Positions 25,115-37,389 are shown, counted from the stretch's first letter. The stretch: 64,000 bases of DNA from Octopus sinensis (GCF_006345805.1 NC_043002.1:92938001-93002000), one strand, 5' to 3'. Translations and numbers: made by a program. Notes: generated by a model from the sequence alone, not told the origin.

Positions 25115-25820
25115 CTTTCATTGGAAGAAGAAAAAATATGATACATTTGATAAAAATAAACATTAAGAAAATTGTTCGATTAATAAGAGACATTTCTAGG
25201 GATTACTATTATTATTGATTTTTGAAAGTGATGACCAACATAACTAACTATAATATATTATTTTACTGTAGATTTTATTTTTTTTTATATGACATGACAT
25301 TTTGTGAACATAGGTGTTGTGGGTTATAGGTTTCTAACAAGCCAATCACTGCATCCTATGAGGTGAGAGTAACAGGAGACCAGCAGTGCAACTTGGGTGG
25401 AAGAAATATCACACAGGGCACTTTTGTATAAAAAAGTACTAGCTTAACAGTTTTTTCATCAATAACTATAAAAAAAAAAGTATACATATATATACACACA
25501 CACACTATATATATATATAGATATATATATCTATATATATAAAACTCAACTTGTGTGTCTGTGTGTTTAACTTCCCGGCACATCTCCTCCTAGCCAACAA
25601 ATCGTAGAACCACCAAAAATGGGTCACTTAAAGTATAGGCAAATGAAAACACACACACTTACATATATATGACGGGCTTCTTTCAGTTTCCGTCTACCAA
25701 ATCTACTCACAAGGCCCGAGGCTATAATAGAAGACAGTTGCCCGAGGTGCCACGCAGTGGGACTGAACCCGGAACCATGTGGTTCGTAAGCAAGCTACTT
25801 ACCACACAGCCACTCCTATG

Positions 25821-25859
<39 letters not shown>

Positions 25860-25908
25860 GGGGCAAATATATATATATATATATCTATATATATATATAT
25901 TATATTAT

Positions 25909-26090
25909 ATGGGGGGCAAAGGAAAGTGATTGCGTCACTCATAGCCTCTCCTCTCCAGGTGTAATGATCGCTGCAGAACTTCTACTTGGCTGCGCCTTGT
26001 GGAAAGTTCTTGCTAATGGCCTCTCCTGCACTACTGTGTCCACAGCAGCACCTTCACGCGGTACCCCATGTTCTCACTGAGCCTGCTGTG
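25909..26090 (+). ncRNA. Candidate HDV-like self-cleaving ribozyme at the LINE 5' end
   Basis: P1 ATGGGG (25909-14) with CCCCAT (26064-69); P2 CACAGCAG (26041-48) with CTGCTGTG (26083-90); P3 ACC/GGT; L3 TTCACGC; G26070 positioned for P1.1. J4/2 is non-canonical. Confidence 0.5.
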
Positions 26091-29000
26091 TGGCGCGACC
26101 GGGTGCTTGGCGGTATAACCAGGTGGGCAGACTGGGCTCGTTAGCCTTGGTTGGCAGCCAGTCTAGGAGAAGGAAAACTCTGACTCCAAACCCACGCTCC
26201 GCTGCCTTGCGGATGCTCTTGAGAGAGGGAAAGGCTATGGGAGTAAACCCAGACAGAAAATCCGGAGTGGAGCCCCGAAGGCGGTAGGGTGTCGAATCTC
26301 GACCCCTTTCCGGCAACTCCTGCAGCCAACCAGACTCCAAACGTACTGCACTGCATTCCTTTGGATTATGTCTGGGGGGCCGAGAGGGAGATTCTGGTGT
26401 CTGGGCAGCCCAGTGTCTTCGTTTCCACCACCCAGGCTTGCGCCATGGAGGAACTACTCCATCGATGGAACAAGCTGAGATGGCAGTTACGAGTTATAAG
26501 CCAGGGTGAATTGGCGTAATCCCGGGCGCTACGGGCCGTCTCTAACGGTGGGAGGGATCATTGAAGTCCCACTGGTCAGCTACCGCCCTCCTTAAAATGG
26601 GCAGCCCCCAGCCAATAATGGTGCTGACCCGCCACAGACTGCCCGCTTCAATGGGTGCTTGGAGCTAGGACAAAATCTGAAAAGCAGACTGAAAACCCTG
26701 CACCAGCAAACAAAGGAAAAACAAACACCCAGTCACCAGTCTTGCGACTGGCCACCTGAAATGTCAGGACCATGTGCCCTGGCATCATTGACGATCTACG
26801 ACAGATGAACGACAGTAGGAAGACAGCAGTCATCAACACCGAATTGAAAAGGCTGAACATCGACACAGCAGCGCTGCAAGAGACCAGGCTCGCCGCAGAC
26901 AGCATGCTACGGGAGAAGGACAACACCTTCTACTGGCAGGGGAGACCCGTCGAGGAGGCCCGCCAGCATGGCGTGGGGTTTGCCGTGAGGAACAGCTTGC
27001 TCCCCATGGTGATCCCTCCTTCAAATGGCTCAGAGCGCATCCTCACTCTTAACCTTGCAACATCAACGGGGAAGGCAACATAATTAGTGCTTATGCCCCA
27101 ACACTCCACTCTCCTCAGAAATAAAAGACCGGTTCTATGAGGAGCTCGACGCCACCATCAGCCAGATACCAGGGTCGGAGCCCATCTTCCTTCTGGGCGA
27201 CTTCAACGCAAGGGTGGGATCCGATCATCGGGCATGTCCAGATTGCCTTGGACGCTTTGGCGTGGGGAAGGTGAATGAGAATGGCCAGAGACTGTTGGAG
27301 CTTTGCTCTTACCGGAAACTCTGCGTTTCCAACACATTCTTCATGACTAAGCTGCATCACCAGGTCTCATGGAGGCACCCAAGGTCCGGAAACTGGCACC
27401 AACTGGACATGGTCATCACCCGGCAAGCCCACCTCGGCAGTGTGCTTCTCGCACGCAGCTACCATGGTGCTGAGATGGCAGATTATTCGCGACACCACTT
27501 GCAGAATAGCCATGTCATCCCTAGGAAAGAGGGAGCGGAGAAATCAAGACTGGTTTGAAGCTCACCTGCCTGAGATGGAGCCTGTCATTGCTGCCAAGAG
27601 GGAAGCACTGGTCAACTATAAGCGCGACCCATCAGAAAAGAACCTGGCTACTCTGAGAACAGCCAGAAGCGACGCCCAGAGGACGGCCAGAACGTTGCGC
27701 CAACATCTACTGGCAGAACTTATGCCAGAACATCCAGTGCTGTGCTGACAGTGGTAACGTGAAAGGGATGTACGAGGGGATGAAGAAAGCATTCGGGCCC
27801 ACTGTCAGAAAGGTTGCTCCACTGAAGTCCAGAGATGGCGAGGTCATCAAGGACCAAGCGAAGCAGATGGAGAGGTGGGTCGAGCATTACCAGAACCTCT
27901 ACTCCACTGAGAATGTGGTCACCAGGTCTGCCCTCGCTGGCATTCCTGCTCTGCCTGTCATGGAGGAGCTTGACCTGCCTCCAACAAAGGAAGAACTGAG
28001 CAAAGCAATTGACTCACTCGCTCGGGGCAAGGCACCAGGGCAAGACGGCATCCCCACAGAAGTCATCCAGTGCGGGAAGCCAGCCCTTCTGGGCCATCTC
28101 CACGAGCTGCTCTGTCAGTGCTGGGAGGAGGGCTCTGTCCCTAAGGATATGCGTGACGCAAACATCATCACACTGTATAAAAACAAAGGGGACAGAAGCA
28201 ACTGCAATAATTACAGGGGTATATCACTGCTCAGCACTGTCGGTAAGGCATTTGCCAGGGTGGTCCTGAAGAGGTTGCAAATACTTGCAGAGCGTGTGTA
28301 CCCCGAGTCTCAGTCTGGCTTTAGGGCAGAGAGGTCTACAATTGACATGATCTTCTCACTCAGGCAGCTTCAAGAAAAGAGTCAAGAACAGAGACAGCCC
28401 CTATACGTGGCCTTCATCGACCTGGCTAAGGCGTTCGACTCAGTCAGCAGGGAGGGGCTGTTTGCACTCCTGGGTAGGATAGGTTGCCCTCCCAGACTGC
28501 TGAAACTCATCACCTCCTTTCACGACGGTATGCAGGGAACAGTGCAGTTTGACGGATCGCCCTCGGAGTCATTCCCCATCCAGAGTGGAGTGAAGCAGAG
28601 TTGTGTTCTGGCGCCGACGCTCTTCGGAATTTTCTTCTCCCTTGTCCTGTCCTATGCCTTCAGAACGTCCGACGACGGAGTGTTCCTCCACACATGGGCT
28701 GATGGTGGATTGTTCAATCTTGCGTGCCTCAGAGCTAAGACCAAAGTCCGTCAGGTGCTGATCAGAGAGATCCTCTTTGCTGACGATGCCGCCCTAACAT
28801 CACAGAACCAACTGGGTCTCCAGAGGCTGGTCAGCTCCCTGGCGGATGCCTGCCAAGAGTTCGGCCTTACCATCAGCCTGAAAAAGACAGAGATCATGGG
28901 CCAGGACGTCGGAGGGGTCCCCAGCATCAGTGTCGGCGACCACAGCTTGCAGGTGGTGAACGAGTTCACTTACCTGGGATCGACGGTCCTCCAGCAGCCT

Positions 29001-29770
29001 GTCCCTCGAGCCGGAGCTGAACAGACGGATTGGGAGGGCTGCTGCTGCCATGGCTAAGCTCTCCAGGAGAGTGTGGGAAAACAACATGCTCACAATAACC
29101 ACCAAGATCGCAGTGTACCGAGCCTGCATGCTGAGCACCCTACTCTACGGCAGCGAGAGCTGGACAACATACACCCGGCAGGAATGCCGCCTCAGCGGCT
29201 TCCACATGCGGTGTCTTCGACGGATCCTTGGCATCTCCTGGAAGGACCGAGTACCAAACGGAGTCATCCTGGAGCAGACTAATATGCCAAGCATGTATGC
29301 CCTCCTCGTGCGGAGACGACTGCACTGGCTTGGACACGTCTGCCGCATGCAGGACGGTTGCATGCCTAAAGACATCCTGTACAGCGAACTCACCACGGGA
29401 TCCCAACCCAAGGGACGTCCACAGCTACGATACAGGGACGTGTGCAAGCGCGACCTGAGGACTGCCAACATCTGTGTGGACACGTGGGAGGAAACAGCTG
29501 CTGACCGCTCTGCCTGGCGTCGGACGGTGAGGAAAGGCGTTTCCATGGCTGAGGAGAGGAGAGCACAGCTGTGGTTGGACAGACGGGACAGGAGGAGGAC
29601 AACTGCAGCAACACCCCACACGTACCCATCGATGTTCTGTGCAGCAACTGTACCAAGGACTGCCACTCTAGAATTGGACTGTTCAGTCACAGCAGACGCT
29701 GCACATCATCAAAGTAGGCCCCACCCTTGGCGCAACCCATTGTCTATCAAGACAGACGGGGAGAAGAAGA
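25911..29770 (+). mobile_element. Near full-length RTE-clade (BovB-like) LINE, disrupted
   Basis: Has a 5' UTR, APE domain (LRLAT*NVRT, ALQETR, LGDFNARVG) and RT (QSGFR, AFIDLAKAFDSV, LFADD). C-terminal CSNCTKDCHSRIGLFSH finger and GAA tail. Disrupted by a stop at 26757-26759, several frameshifts and an internal deletion near 27474. Both flanks are (TA)n. Confidence 0.96.
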
Positions 29771-29784
29771 TATATATATATTAT

Positions 29785-29832
<48 letters not shown>

Positions 29833-29869
29833 ATATGTATGTATGTATATACATATATATACGCACACA

Positions 29870-30440
29870 CACATGTATATATGGGTACAGGATGTCACCA
29901 GCAGTGCAAATAATATGAAATACGTAAAGAAGAAAAAATGGACAAGTAATCACAGAGAAAAGTCCTTTCATTAGTTATCAGCTATCTACCTACTCCTCAT
30001 TTTGAGCATTCATTGCCAATATGAGTCTTCAAAGACAGTTGCTCCCATAAATTCTAAAATAAAATTGAGGATTTATGTAGGGTCAAAGTTGGGAACAAAA
30101 AAAATATGACAGTGGAGACATACAAGGAAACTGAACAAAAACAAACAAGGAGGGTCATTAGACCAGAGCGAGAAGAAAATAGTGAATGCTGGGAGAAACA
30201 TTTTTTTGAAAAGAGAAAAATAGAAGAGAGAGAGAAAACACGTCCGTTCCTTTAAACGTCCATGCAAGAAAAGAAAGATGGTCATATGAGCAAAAGAAAG
30301 ATAGACGATGGTCACGTGTGAGCAACGAGAGAGAAAAAGGGAAAGAGGTGGAGAGAGAGAAAGAAAGACTGATAGAAAACAGTGAAGGAGGGAGAGGAGA
30401 AAAAGGGAATTAGAAAAGGATGGAGGTAGAAAACAGTATA
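29870..30440 (+). mobile_element. Degenerate repeat related to 1340-1935
   Basis: Shares the tatatgggtacagga start, the gaatgctgg..agaaac block and a purine-rich end. Confidence 0.4.
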
Positions 30441-30555
30441 GAGTAGAGAGTCGCATCAAAAAGGTAAAGATAAACTTACTTGGAAATGTTCAATAATATA
30501 TCATGCTATATACAAGATAGATATAACCAATCTAATCTGTCGTCTACTCTAATAC

Positions 30556-30788
30556 GTATTTCTTTATTACCCACAAGGGGCTAAACATAGAGGGGACAAA
30601 CAAGGACAGACATAGGTATTAAGTCGATTACATCAACCCCAGTGCGTAACTGGTACTTAATTAATCGACCCCGAAAGGATGAAAGGCAAAGTCAACCTCG
30701 GCAGAATTTGAACTCACAACGTAACGACAGGCGAAATACCGCTAAGCATTTCATCCGGCATGCTAACGTTTCTGCCAGCTCGCCGCCT
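30556..30788 (-). mobile_element. tRNA-derived SINE family C, young copy
   Basis: Head aaggcggcgagctggcagaaacg with B box gagttcaaattc. 13-bp TSD tctactctaatac (30543-55 and 30789-801). Confidence 0.9.
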
Positions 30789-31339
30789 TCTACTCTAATA
30801 CCATTACCACCCTACCTGGCTCTTGGGTACCTTTAGTGGAGTCTCTACTCAGTTATATTCTGATCTTCTGACAAATTCTCAAGTCAGAAGGAAACTTGGT
30901 TTCTTAATAGACTGCTACTTCTTGTTGCAGATATCAACAAATTATAGTTTCCATCCCACTTTCTCTTACTAATATTGGATTTCCTACAAAGATCATGATC
31001 AATACCCATCCTACCCTGAATAAATTATAACAGAAAGATGAAAACAAAAGAAAAAAGTGTTGTTAATGCTATTATAATTACACAATGTAACACGATTTTT
31101 GTCGTTGGGTAACAACTGTTATTTCCTATTTGCTTATCCTTAGAAAGTATGAAATATGGCTAATATTTCCTTCAAACTGCTTTTCTTACATTTATTCAAA
31201 CCCCAAAGAATCCCTCTCAACACATGGCTATGATGCTCCCTCACTACTGCCCATCATCAAAGATGCACATCGTGTCAGCCACTAAGAGACATGCTCAAGC
31301 GGTTATGGTTAAGCAACTGACAAGCAAATCTGTAGTACT

Positions 31340-31650
31340 GTTTGTTTGTTCCTTCTCAAGCCATGCCTGGCTCATAAGGGCCGGTTTCCCGGTCTCTTGG
31401 CGTATAGGTTCCCCACCTGGATGGGACGCCGGTCCATTGCAGGTGAGCTGCAAGATGCAGGAGGAAAAAATGTGAGAGAAAGTTGTGGCGAAAGAGTCAG
31501 CAGAAGTTTCGCCATTACCTTCTGCTGGAGCCGCGTGGAGCTTAGGTGTTTCGCTCATAAACACACACATTGTCCGGTCTGAGATTTGAACCCGCGATCC
31601 CTCGACCTCGAGCCCGCTGCTCTAACCACTAGGCCATGTGCCTCCACCTG
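31340..31650 (-). mobile_element. SINE family B variant
   Basis: Same tRNA-like head with a different tail. Confidence 0.75.
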
Positions 31651-32024
31651 TAGTACTAAGCAGAATACTTTGCTAAAATGATATCTCTGCTTCAGCAACT
31701 TAGTGCTGAATCTGTCTGAAAATAGGTCAGTTTCAAAACGTTCATGTCCAGGACACAAAAGCAAAGAACCCAGTACATGACTGGTGCTTATTTTATAGAC
31801 CCAAAAGAATGAAAGGCAATATTGACTTGAGCAGAATCTGAACTGAGAATGATAAAAGCCACAAGAAATGCTACTAAGAATTTTGTCCAGCATGGTAACA
31901 ATTCTGCCAGTTTGCCGCCTTGCACCTAACTTTTCCATTATTTTTAATAATTAATTGAAACAAAGTATTTATCAAAAGAAATACAGTAGTAACAAAAGAG
32001 TTAAACCACTTAGATTAATTAGAG

Positions 32025-32380
32025 CAGGGGTTCACAACCATTTTTTTTTTGTCTGTAGATCCCTTTGATTACTATTTCGTTCTGGTGGACCCCCAAAGCC
32101 ATTCAATGTTTAAAAACTAGTTTTATAGGAACTTCTTTCAAAATCCCTATTCTGTTTTTCACACATTAACTTGTGTAGGCTGATTTATGTAAAATGTTAG
32201 AGAAAGAAACCTAGCTGTTTCTTGCAATACATACAAATACATACATCTAAAGCAAGATCATTTTTATCATTTACCCTTTTAATGCTACTGTGGACCCAAT
32301 TTATTGTTTTGCTGCATCAACCCTCCAAAAATCTTATGTGGACACTTAGGGGTCATATGGAATAAAGTTGAGAACCACTG
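32025..32380. mobile_element. hAT (Charlie-like) MITE
   Basis: TIRs CAGGGGTTCACAAC / GTTGAGAACCACTG; eroded 8-bp TSD aattagag/atttagaa. Confidence 0.8.
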
Positions 32381-32436
32381 ATTTAGAATAAAACCTCAGA
32401 AAATTTAGGATCAATTTACGTGGAACAGTTAGTTAC

Positions 32437-32528
32437 CTAACACGACCAGTTCTGTTCTCCAAACAAGCATTCTTTACTTTGGGATGAAAGTTCGTTTGAA
32501 GGTATGGTGTACCATCAGGATGGAAAGC
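32437..32528 (-). CDS. RAB34: RAB34/36 coding exon 2 (AFHPDGTPYLQTNFHPKVKNACLENRTGRV)
   Basis: tttttctag acceptor, AG|gtaact donor, phase 0 in and 2 out. FHPKVKNACLENRTG aligns with the human RAB34 FHPRVTCACQEHRTG segment. Confidence 0.92.
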
Positions 32529-33784
32529 CTAGAAAAATACAAGAATATAAAAAAAAAAAAAACAGATTTTATACGAGAAGAGAATCTGAATAACAGCTTT
32601 ATCATTTCTTAATTGGTAATGAGATTACTAGCATCACAGTTACCAGAAGTATTCTTATCTCCATCCACCATCCATCAATACCCGTATCATTACAGCTAAC
32701 AACTGATATCTTCATTGTCATCATCATAACAGTCAGAAATATCTTCATCACACTTGTTGCCAATATTAACAGCAATAACAAGGCAGTGAGTTGGCAGAAA
32801 TACTTAGTGGTATTTCACTTGTCTTTATGTTCTGAGTGCAAATTCCACCAAGGTTGACTTTGCCTTTCATCCTTTCGGGGTCGATAAAGTAAGTACCAGT
32901 TGAGCACTGGGGTTGATCTAATCGACTTACCCTGCTGCCCCGAAATCGCTGGTCTTGTGTCAAAATTCCAAACCAGTATTAACAGCAATATCATCATTAT
33001 CATTATCAATGTCATGCCACCAGCAATATCTATGGCATCATAGCAACCAGTGATAACTTCGACATCATAGTGATCAATACTATTAGAGCACATGATCTTT
33101 TTATCTTCATATCAACCAGCAGCAGTAGAAGCAGCAGCAGCATTGTCACCATCATCATCCTCATCACAGCCACCAGTGATATCCTTAGCATCATAGCAAC
33201 CAATATCTTCATCATCAGAGCTTTTAGCAATGTCCTCCTCACCACTTCAATTACAAAAAATGTCACTGCATCTTCTCCAATGTCCATACGTTTTCTGATA
33301 AACACAGAACCAAAGTAGTATAAGGTGAACATCAACTGTATTGACAATATAAGGGGTTCTGCAAAGGCTATGCACATGGTCTTTCTTTCAAAGACAAAGT
33401 AAAGTTGTAGAGGAATCAGAAATTGTGTCCAGTTGTATACAAATGTATAATAATCATCTCACACATACAAGCATGGTACAAGTATGGTATAACAACCATA
33501 TCAAACATCCAAGCATAGCATAATAATCATGGCATAACAATGATTTCACACATTTAAACATGGTACAACCATCTCAGACATACAACTGTCTCACACATAC
33601 AATTAAACATAGAACAACGACCATCTCATCATCACTTAATGTCCGTTTTCCATGCTAGCATGGGTTGGACAGCTTGACAAGAGCTGGTAAAGCCAGGGGC
33701 CATATCAGGTTCCATAGTCTGTTTTGGCTTGGTTTTTACAGCTGGATGCCCTTCCTAATGCCAACCACTTTATAGAGTGTACTG

Positions 33785-34110
33785 GGTGCCTTTTACATGG
33801 CACCATCACCAGTGCTTTTTATGTGGCACCAGCACCAGTGCTTTAAGTAGCACCAGCACCAGTGCTTTTCATGTGCTGCCATCACCAGTGCCTTTTACAT
33901 GGCACCATCGCCAGGGCTTTTTATGTGGTGCCATCACCAGTACTTTCTATGTGTCTCCATCATAGGTACTTTTTATATGGTACCAGTACTTTTTATGTGG
34001 TGCCATCATCAGTGCTTTTTACATGGCTCCAGCAACAGTGCTTTTTATTTGACACCAGCACCAGTGCTTTTCATATAGCATCAGGACCAGTGCTTTTTTA
34101 TGTGGCACCA
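33785..34110. repeat. 26-bp minisatellite, 13 diverged units
   Basis: Consensus agtgctttttatgtggcaccatcacc, derived from the internal motif of the SINE D it extends. Confidence 0.9.
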
Positions 34111-34171
34111 CACGTGTAAAAATGAAATAAATCTGTGAAAAACAAAAAGAAAATCAAAAAGTTTAACTTAC

Positions 34172-34246
34172 AGGTGGAAATTTGCTGATGACTCTGTCTT
34201 TTGCTGCATTCGGGGTGATCAAGATCCGGACGTTGTTGTGAGGCAT
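34172..34246 (-). CDS. RAB34: RAB34/RAB36-family GTPase, first coding exon (MPHNNVRILITPNAAKDRVISKFPP); whole exon is 34172-34287 including UTR
   Basis: Acceptor ttttag at 34288-34289 and donor gtaagt after 34172. In-frame TGA 9 nt upstream of the ATG. DRVISKFP matches the Rab34/36 N-terminal DRV(L/I) motif. Confidence 0.9.
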
Positions 34247-34338
34247 GGTTAGTCAACTACAGCAGGAACTGTTATCACTAGTATCACCTAAAATGTGAAA
34301 CAATATTCAATTACAATTACAATTACAATTACAATTAT

Positions 34339-34571
34339 AAGGCGGTGAGCTGGCAGAAACGTTAGCACGCCGGGCGAAATGCGTAGCCATATTTCGTCTG
34401 CCGTTACGTTCTGAGTTCAAATTCCGCCGAGGTCGACTTTGCCTTTCATCCTTTCGGGGTCGATTAAATAAGTACCAGTTACGCACTGGGGGTGATATAA
34501 TCGACTTAATCCGTGTGTCTGTCCTTGTTAGTCCTCTCTGCGTTTAGCCCCTTGTGGGTAGTAAAGAAATA
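34339..34571 (+). mobile_element. SINE family C, young copy
   Basis: Near-identical to 30556-30788. 15-bp TSD aatattcaattacaa (34302-16 and 34572-86). Confidence 0.9.
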
Positions 34572-34826
34572 AATATTCAATTACAAAACCTTTATTATTA
34601 TGGAACATCAGGTAGCAGATTCAGTGGAATGTTGGACTTGGTGCCTTGTAGTATTTAGAAAAAATGTTTTACATTCTGGGTTCAAATCCTGCTGCTATTG
34701 ATTTTTCTTCTTTTTTAAATTCTTCTGAGGTCAATAAAATAAAGGGCCAGTTAGGTAGAAGTACAACATAATTGAGTGAGGAGTCCCTTCTCTAAACGTA
34801 TAGCTTTGTACGTCATCATCATTTAA

Positions 34827-35046
34827 CCCTTTAGTATTCAGATTATTCTGTCAAATATAACGTTTGTTTAGTTATATTGTTTTGAATTAATGATGCATCA
34901 TCTTGTAGTTAAGAGATTTCAATGATGCGATTGTTTAGTTTTAGAATGATATTGTAAGGTTGGGATGAAGAACCAGATCTGGTCAGTTTCAACAGAAAAC
35001 AGACTAAATATTTTGGCCTGATATGGCCGGTTTGAATGCTAAAGGG
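34827..35046. mobile_element. piggyBac-type MITE family F nested in a SINE D tail
   Basis: TTAA TSD splits catcatttaa|tgtccatttt. Confidence 0.88.
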
Positions 35047-35887
35047 TTAATGTCCATTTTCCATGCTGGGATGCGTTGGACAGTTTGACACAATCTGATG
35101 AGCCACAACGCAGTGTCGGGTTCTAATGTTGGCCTTGTCATGGTTTCTACAGCTAGATGCCCTTCCCAGTGCCAACCACTTTATAGAGTGTACTGGGTGC
35201 TGTTTTTCAAGACATCAGCACTAGTGAGGTCAACTAACTTGTGAAATCATCATCATCATCATCATCGTTTAACGTCCGTTCTCCATGCTAGCATGGGTTG
35301 GACGGTTCGACCGGGGATCTGGGAAGCCAGAAGGCTGCCCCAGGCTCCAGTCTTATCTGGCAATGTTTCTACAGCTGGATGCCCTTCCTAACGCCAACCA
35401 CTCCGTGAGTGTAGTGGGTGCTTTTTACGTGCCACCTGCACAGAGATAAAGAAAGGAAAAGAAAAGAGAAAGGTCCTGCACCTGAGTGGGAGTTTATTTG
35501 AGAGAGAGGAAGAGATGGCTTTATGCTATATGTTGGCAGCTAAAGTATAATAGAGGAATAGGCACTAGTGCCTTACTATAGAGGAGATACATGGCTATCC
35601 TACAATATATACGACTGAGACAGAGAAGCTGGTAGCAAGATAAATGACAGAATATTAGAGAGTACGCTCAAAGTACAAAAAAGAGAGTGTAAGGCAGAAT
35701 ACAGAGAGAAGATCAGCGGGAAGGAAAGGGTGGGTTATTTCATATGAGCATGAAAAGAAAATCACAGATGGTCAGAGATGGGTCTAGAGGAGGATGTAAT
35801 GAATAATGAGCAAGGATCAGAAGTGTGGTTGACGGTAAACATCAGAATGGAGAGAGAAATGAGAGACATAGAAGTAATTGAGGAAGG

Positions 35888-37163
35888 AGGAGGCGACAAG
35901 AGTTGGCTTTTCTCAGCCAACTCTTGTCACCTCCTACGCAACCGCTGAGCCTGGATGCGCATTCATCCATCCGTCAGCAAAGGACCACGTTTCGGACTTC
36001 TCCCACTGGGACGAAGACCGCTTCGCTCAACAAACAAACAAGCATAAGCAGCAGCAGCAGTAGTAGTAGTAGTAGTTGAAAAGTTGAAAACTCTTTAGTG
36101 TCAGTTAACTGTTGTGTTTAGCCAAATAAAATCAAACACTAAGGTACAAGCATGGTTGCATGGTTAAGAAGCTTGCTTTGCAACCATGAGGTTTTGGGTT
36201 CAGTCTCACTGTGTGGCACCATAAACAAATGTCTTCTAATTATAGCCCCTTCTACTTATAGCAAGAGACCAAGCTATCCATGGTTCACTACTTTAACGAT
36301 ACAAGGTGAATTTAAAGTCGTTAGGACATCAGCCTGAATGCCCCATATTTGTTCTGTCTCTCGCCATTCTGAGTTCAAATTGTACTAAGGTCAACTTTTA
36401 TCAGTCATCTTTATTTGGGGGGGGCGGATAAAATAAATGCTAATCCAAGATGCTGGATTAGTGGAAATGTAAGAACGTCAGACTGGATGTTTTGCAGGAT
36501 TTGTTCATGTTCTTTGCATTCTGAATTCAAATTCCACCTTGTCCTATTTGAGCAGTAAACTTAATTTGTCATCCAGTTTAATATTTGTCTCCCACCCATC
36601 CCATCAGCACCTTGGATGCCTTTAGCAGACTCCACTCTGTTTGCAAGCATCCAGACTAGGTTTCCAGTTTAACATTCATCTCCCACCCATCCCCTCAGCA
36701 CCTTTAGCAACTCCATTCTGACTAGGTTTCAGACTAGGCTTCCAGTTTGATGACCCCTCTCTCTCCCTCCCCCTCATTAGACATGAAGGATCTGTAAAGG
36801 TCCTTCAGCACAACCATCATTCCTGACTAAATGAAAAAAAAAAATAGAAAGATGAAGAAATGAGTTGAAGTTTTCTATTTCAAGATCATAGGTTGAGGGA
36901 GTTTTGATTACTATTTCTAGTAGATATAAATGACGGCCTTCTGAACAGTTTCCAAATACCAAATTCTATCACAAGGCATTGGTCAGCCTGGGGCTATAAG
37001 TAGAAGACATTTGTTCATGGTACCACACAGTGGGACTGAACCCAAAACCTCATGGTTGCAGAGCAAGCTTCTTAACCATGCAACCATGCTTGTACCTTAG
37101 TGCTTGATTTTATTTGGCTAAACACAACAGTTAACTGACACTGAAGAGTTTTCAACTTTTCAA

Positions 37164-37207
<44 letters not shown>

Positions 37208-37389
37208 ACTGCTACAGCTGCTGCTGCTTTTGTTTGTTGAGCGAAGCGGTCTTCGTCCCAGTGGGAGAAGTCCGAAACGTGGTCCTTTGCTATTTGTAAG
37301 ACCCGCAGAAGAGAAAGCAGGTCAACCCCCGACACCGAGAGCATCGACGGATGGATGAATGCACATCCAGGCTCAGCGGTTGCGTAGGA
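35888..37389. repeat. Local inverted duplication (arms ~35936-36249 and 36990-37389) with a terminal hairpin
   Basis: Arms are reverse complements across SINE-tail, microsatellite, unique DNA and SINE-head junctions. Confidence 0.92.

Noticed and set aside
30970-31015. Possible 46-nt frameshifting cassette exon in RAB34 intron 2 (strong acceptor, gtaaga donor)
   Set aside because: Such site pairs arise often by chance in AT-rich introns; no supporting evidence without RNA data.
33030-33377. Hydrophobic and Ser/Ile-rich ORFs on both strands
   Set aside because: Decayed (CAT)/(CAG) low-complexity DNA.
33785-34110. Regularly spaced hairpin repeats superficially like a CRISPR array
   Set aside because: Units are contiguous with no unique spacers, are SINE-derived, and lie in a eukaryotic context.
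37240-37290. CGAAACGTGGTC next to a hairpin, hammerhead-like
   Set aside because: No CUGANGA core, G at the cleavage position and no stem I.
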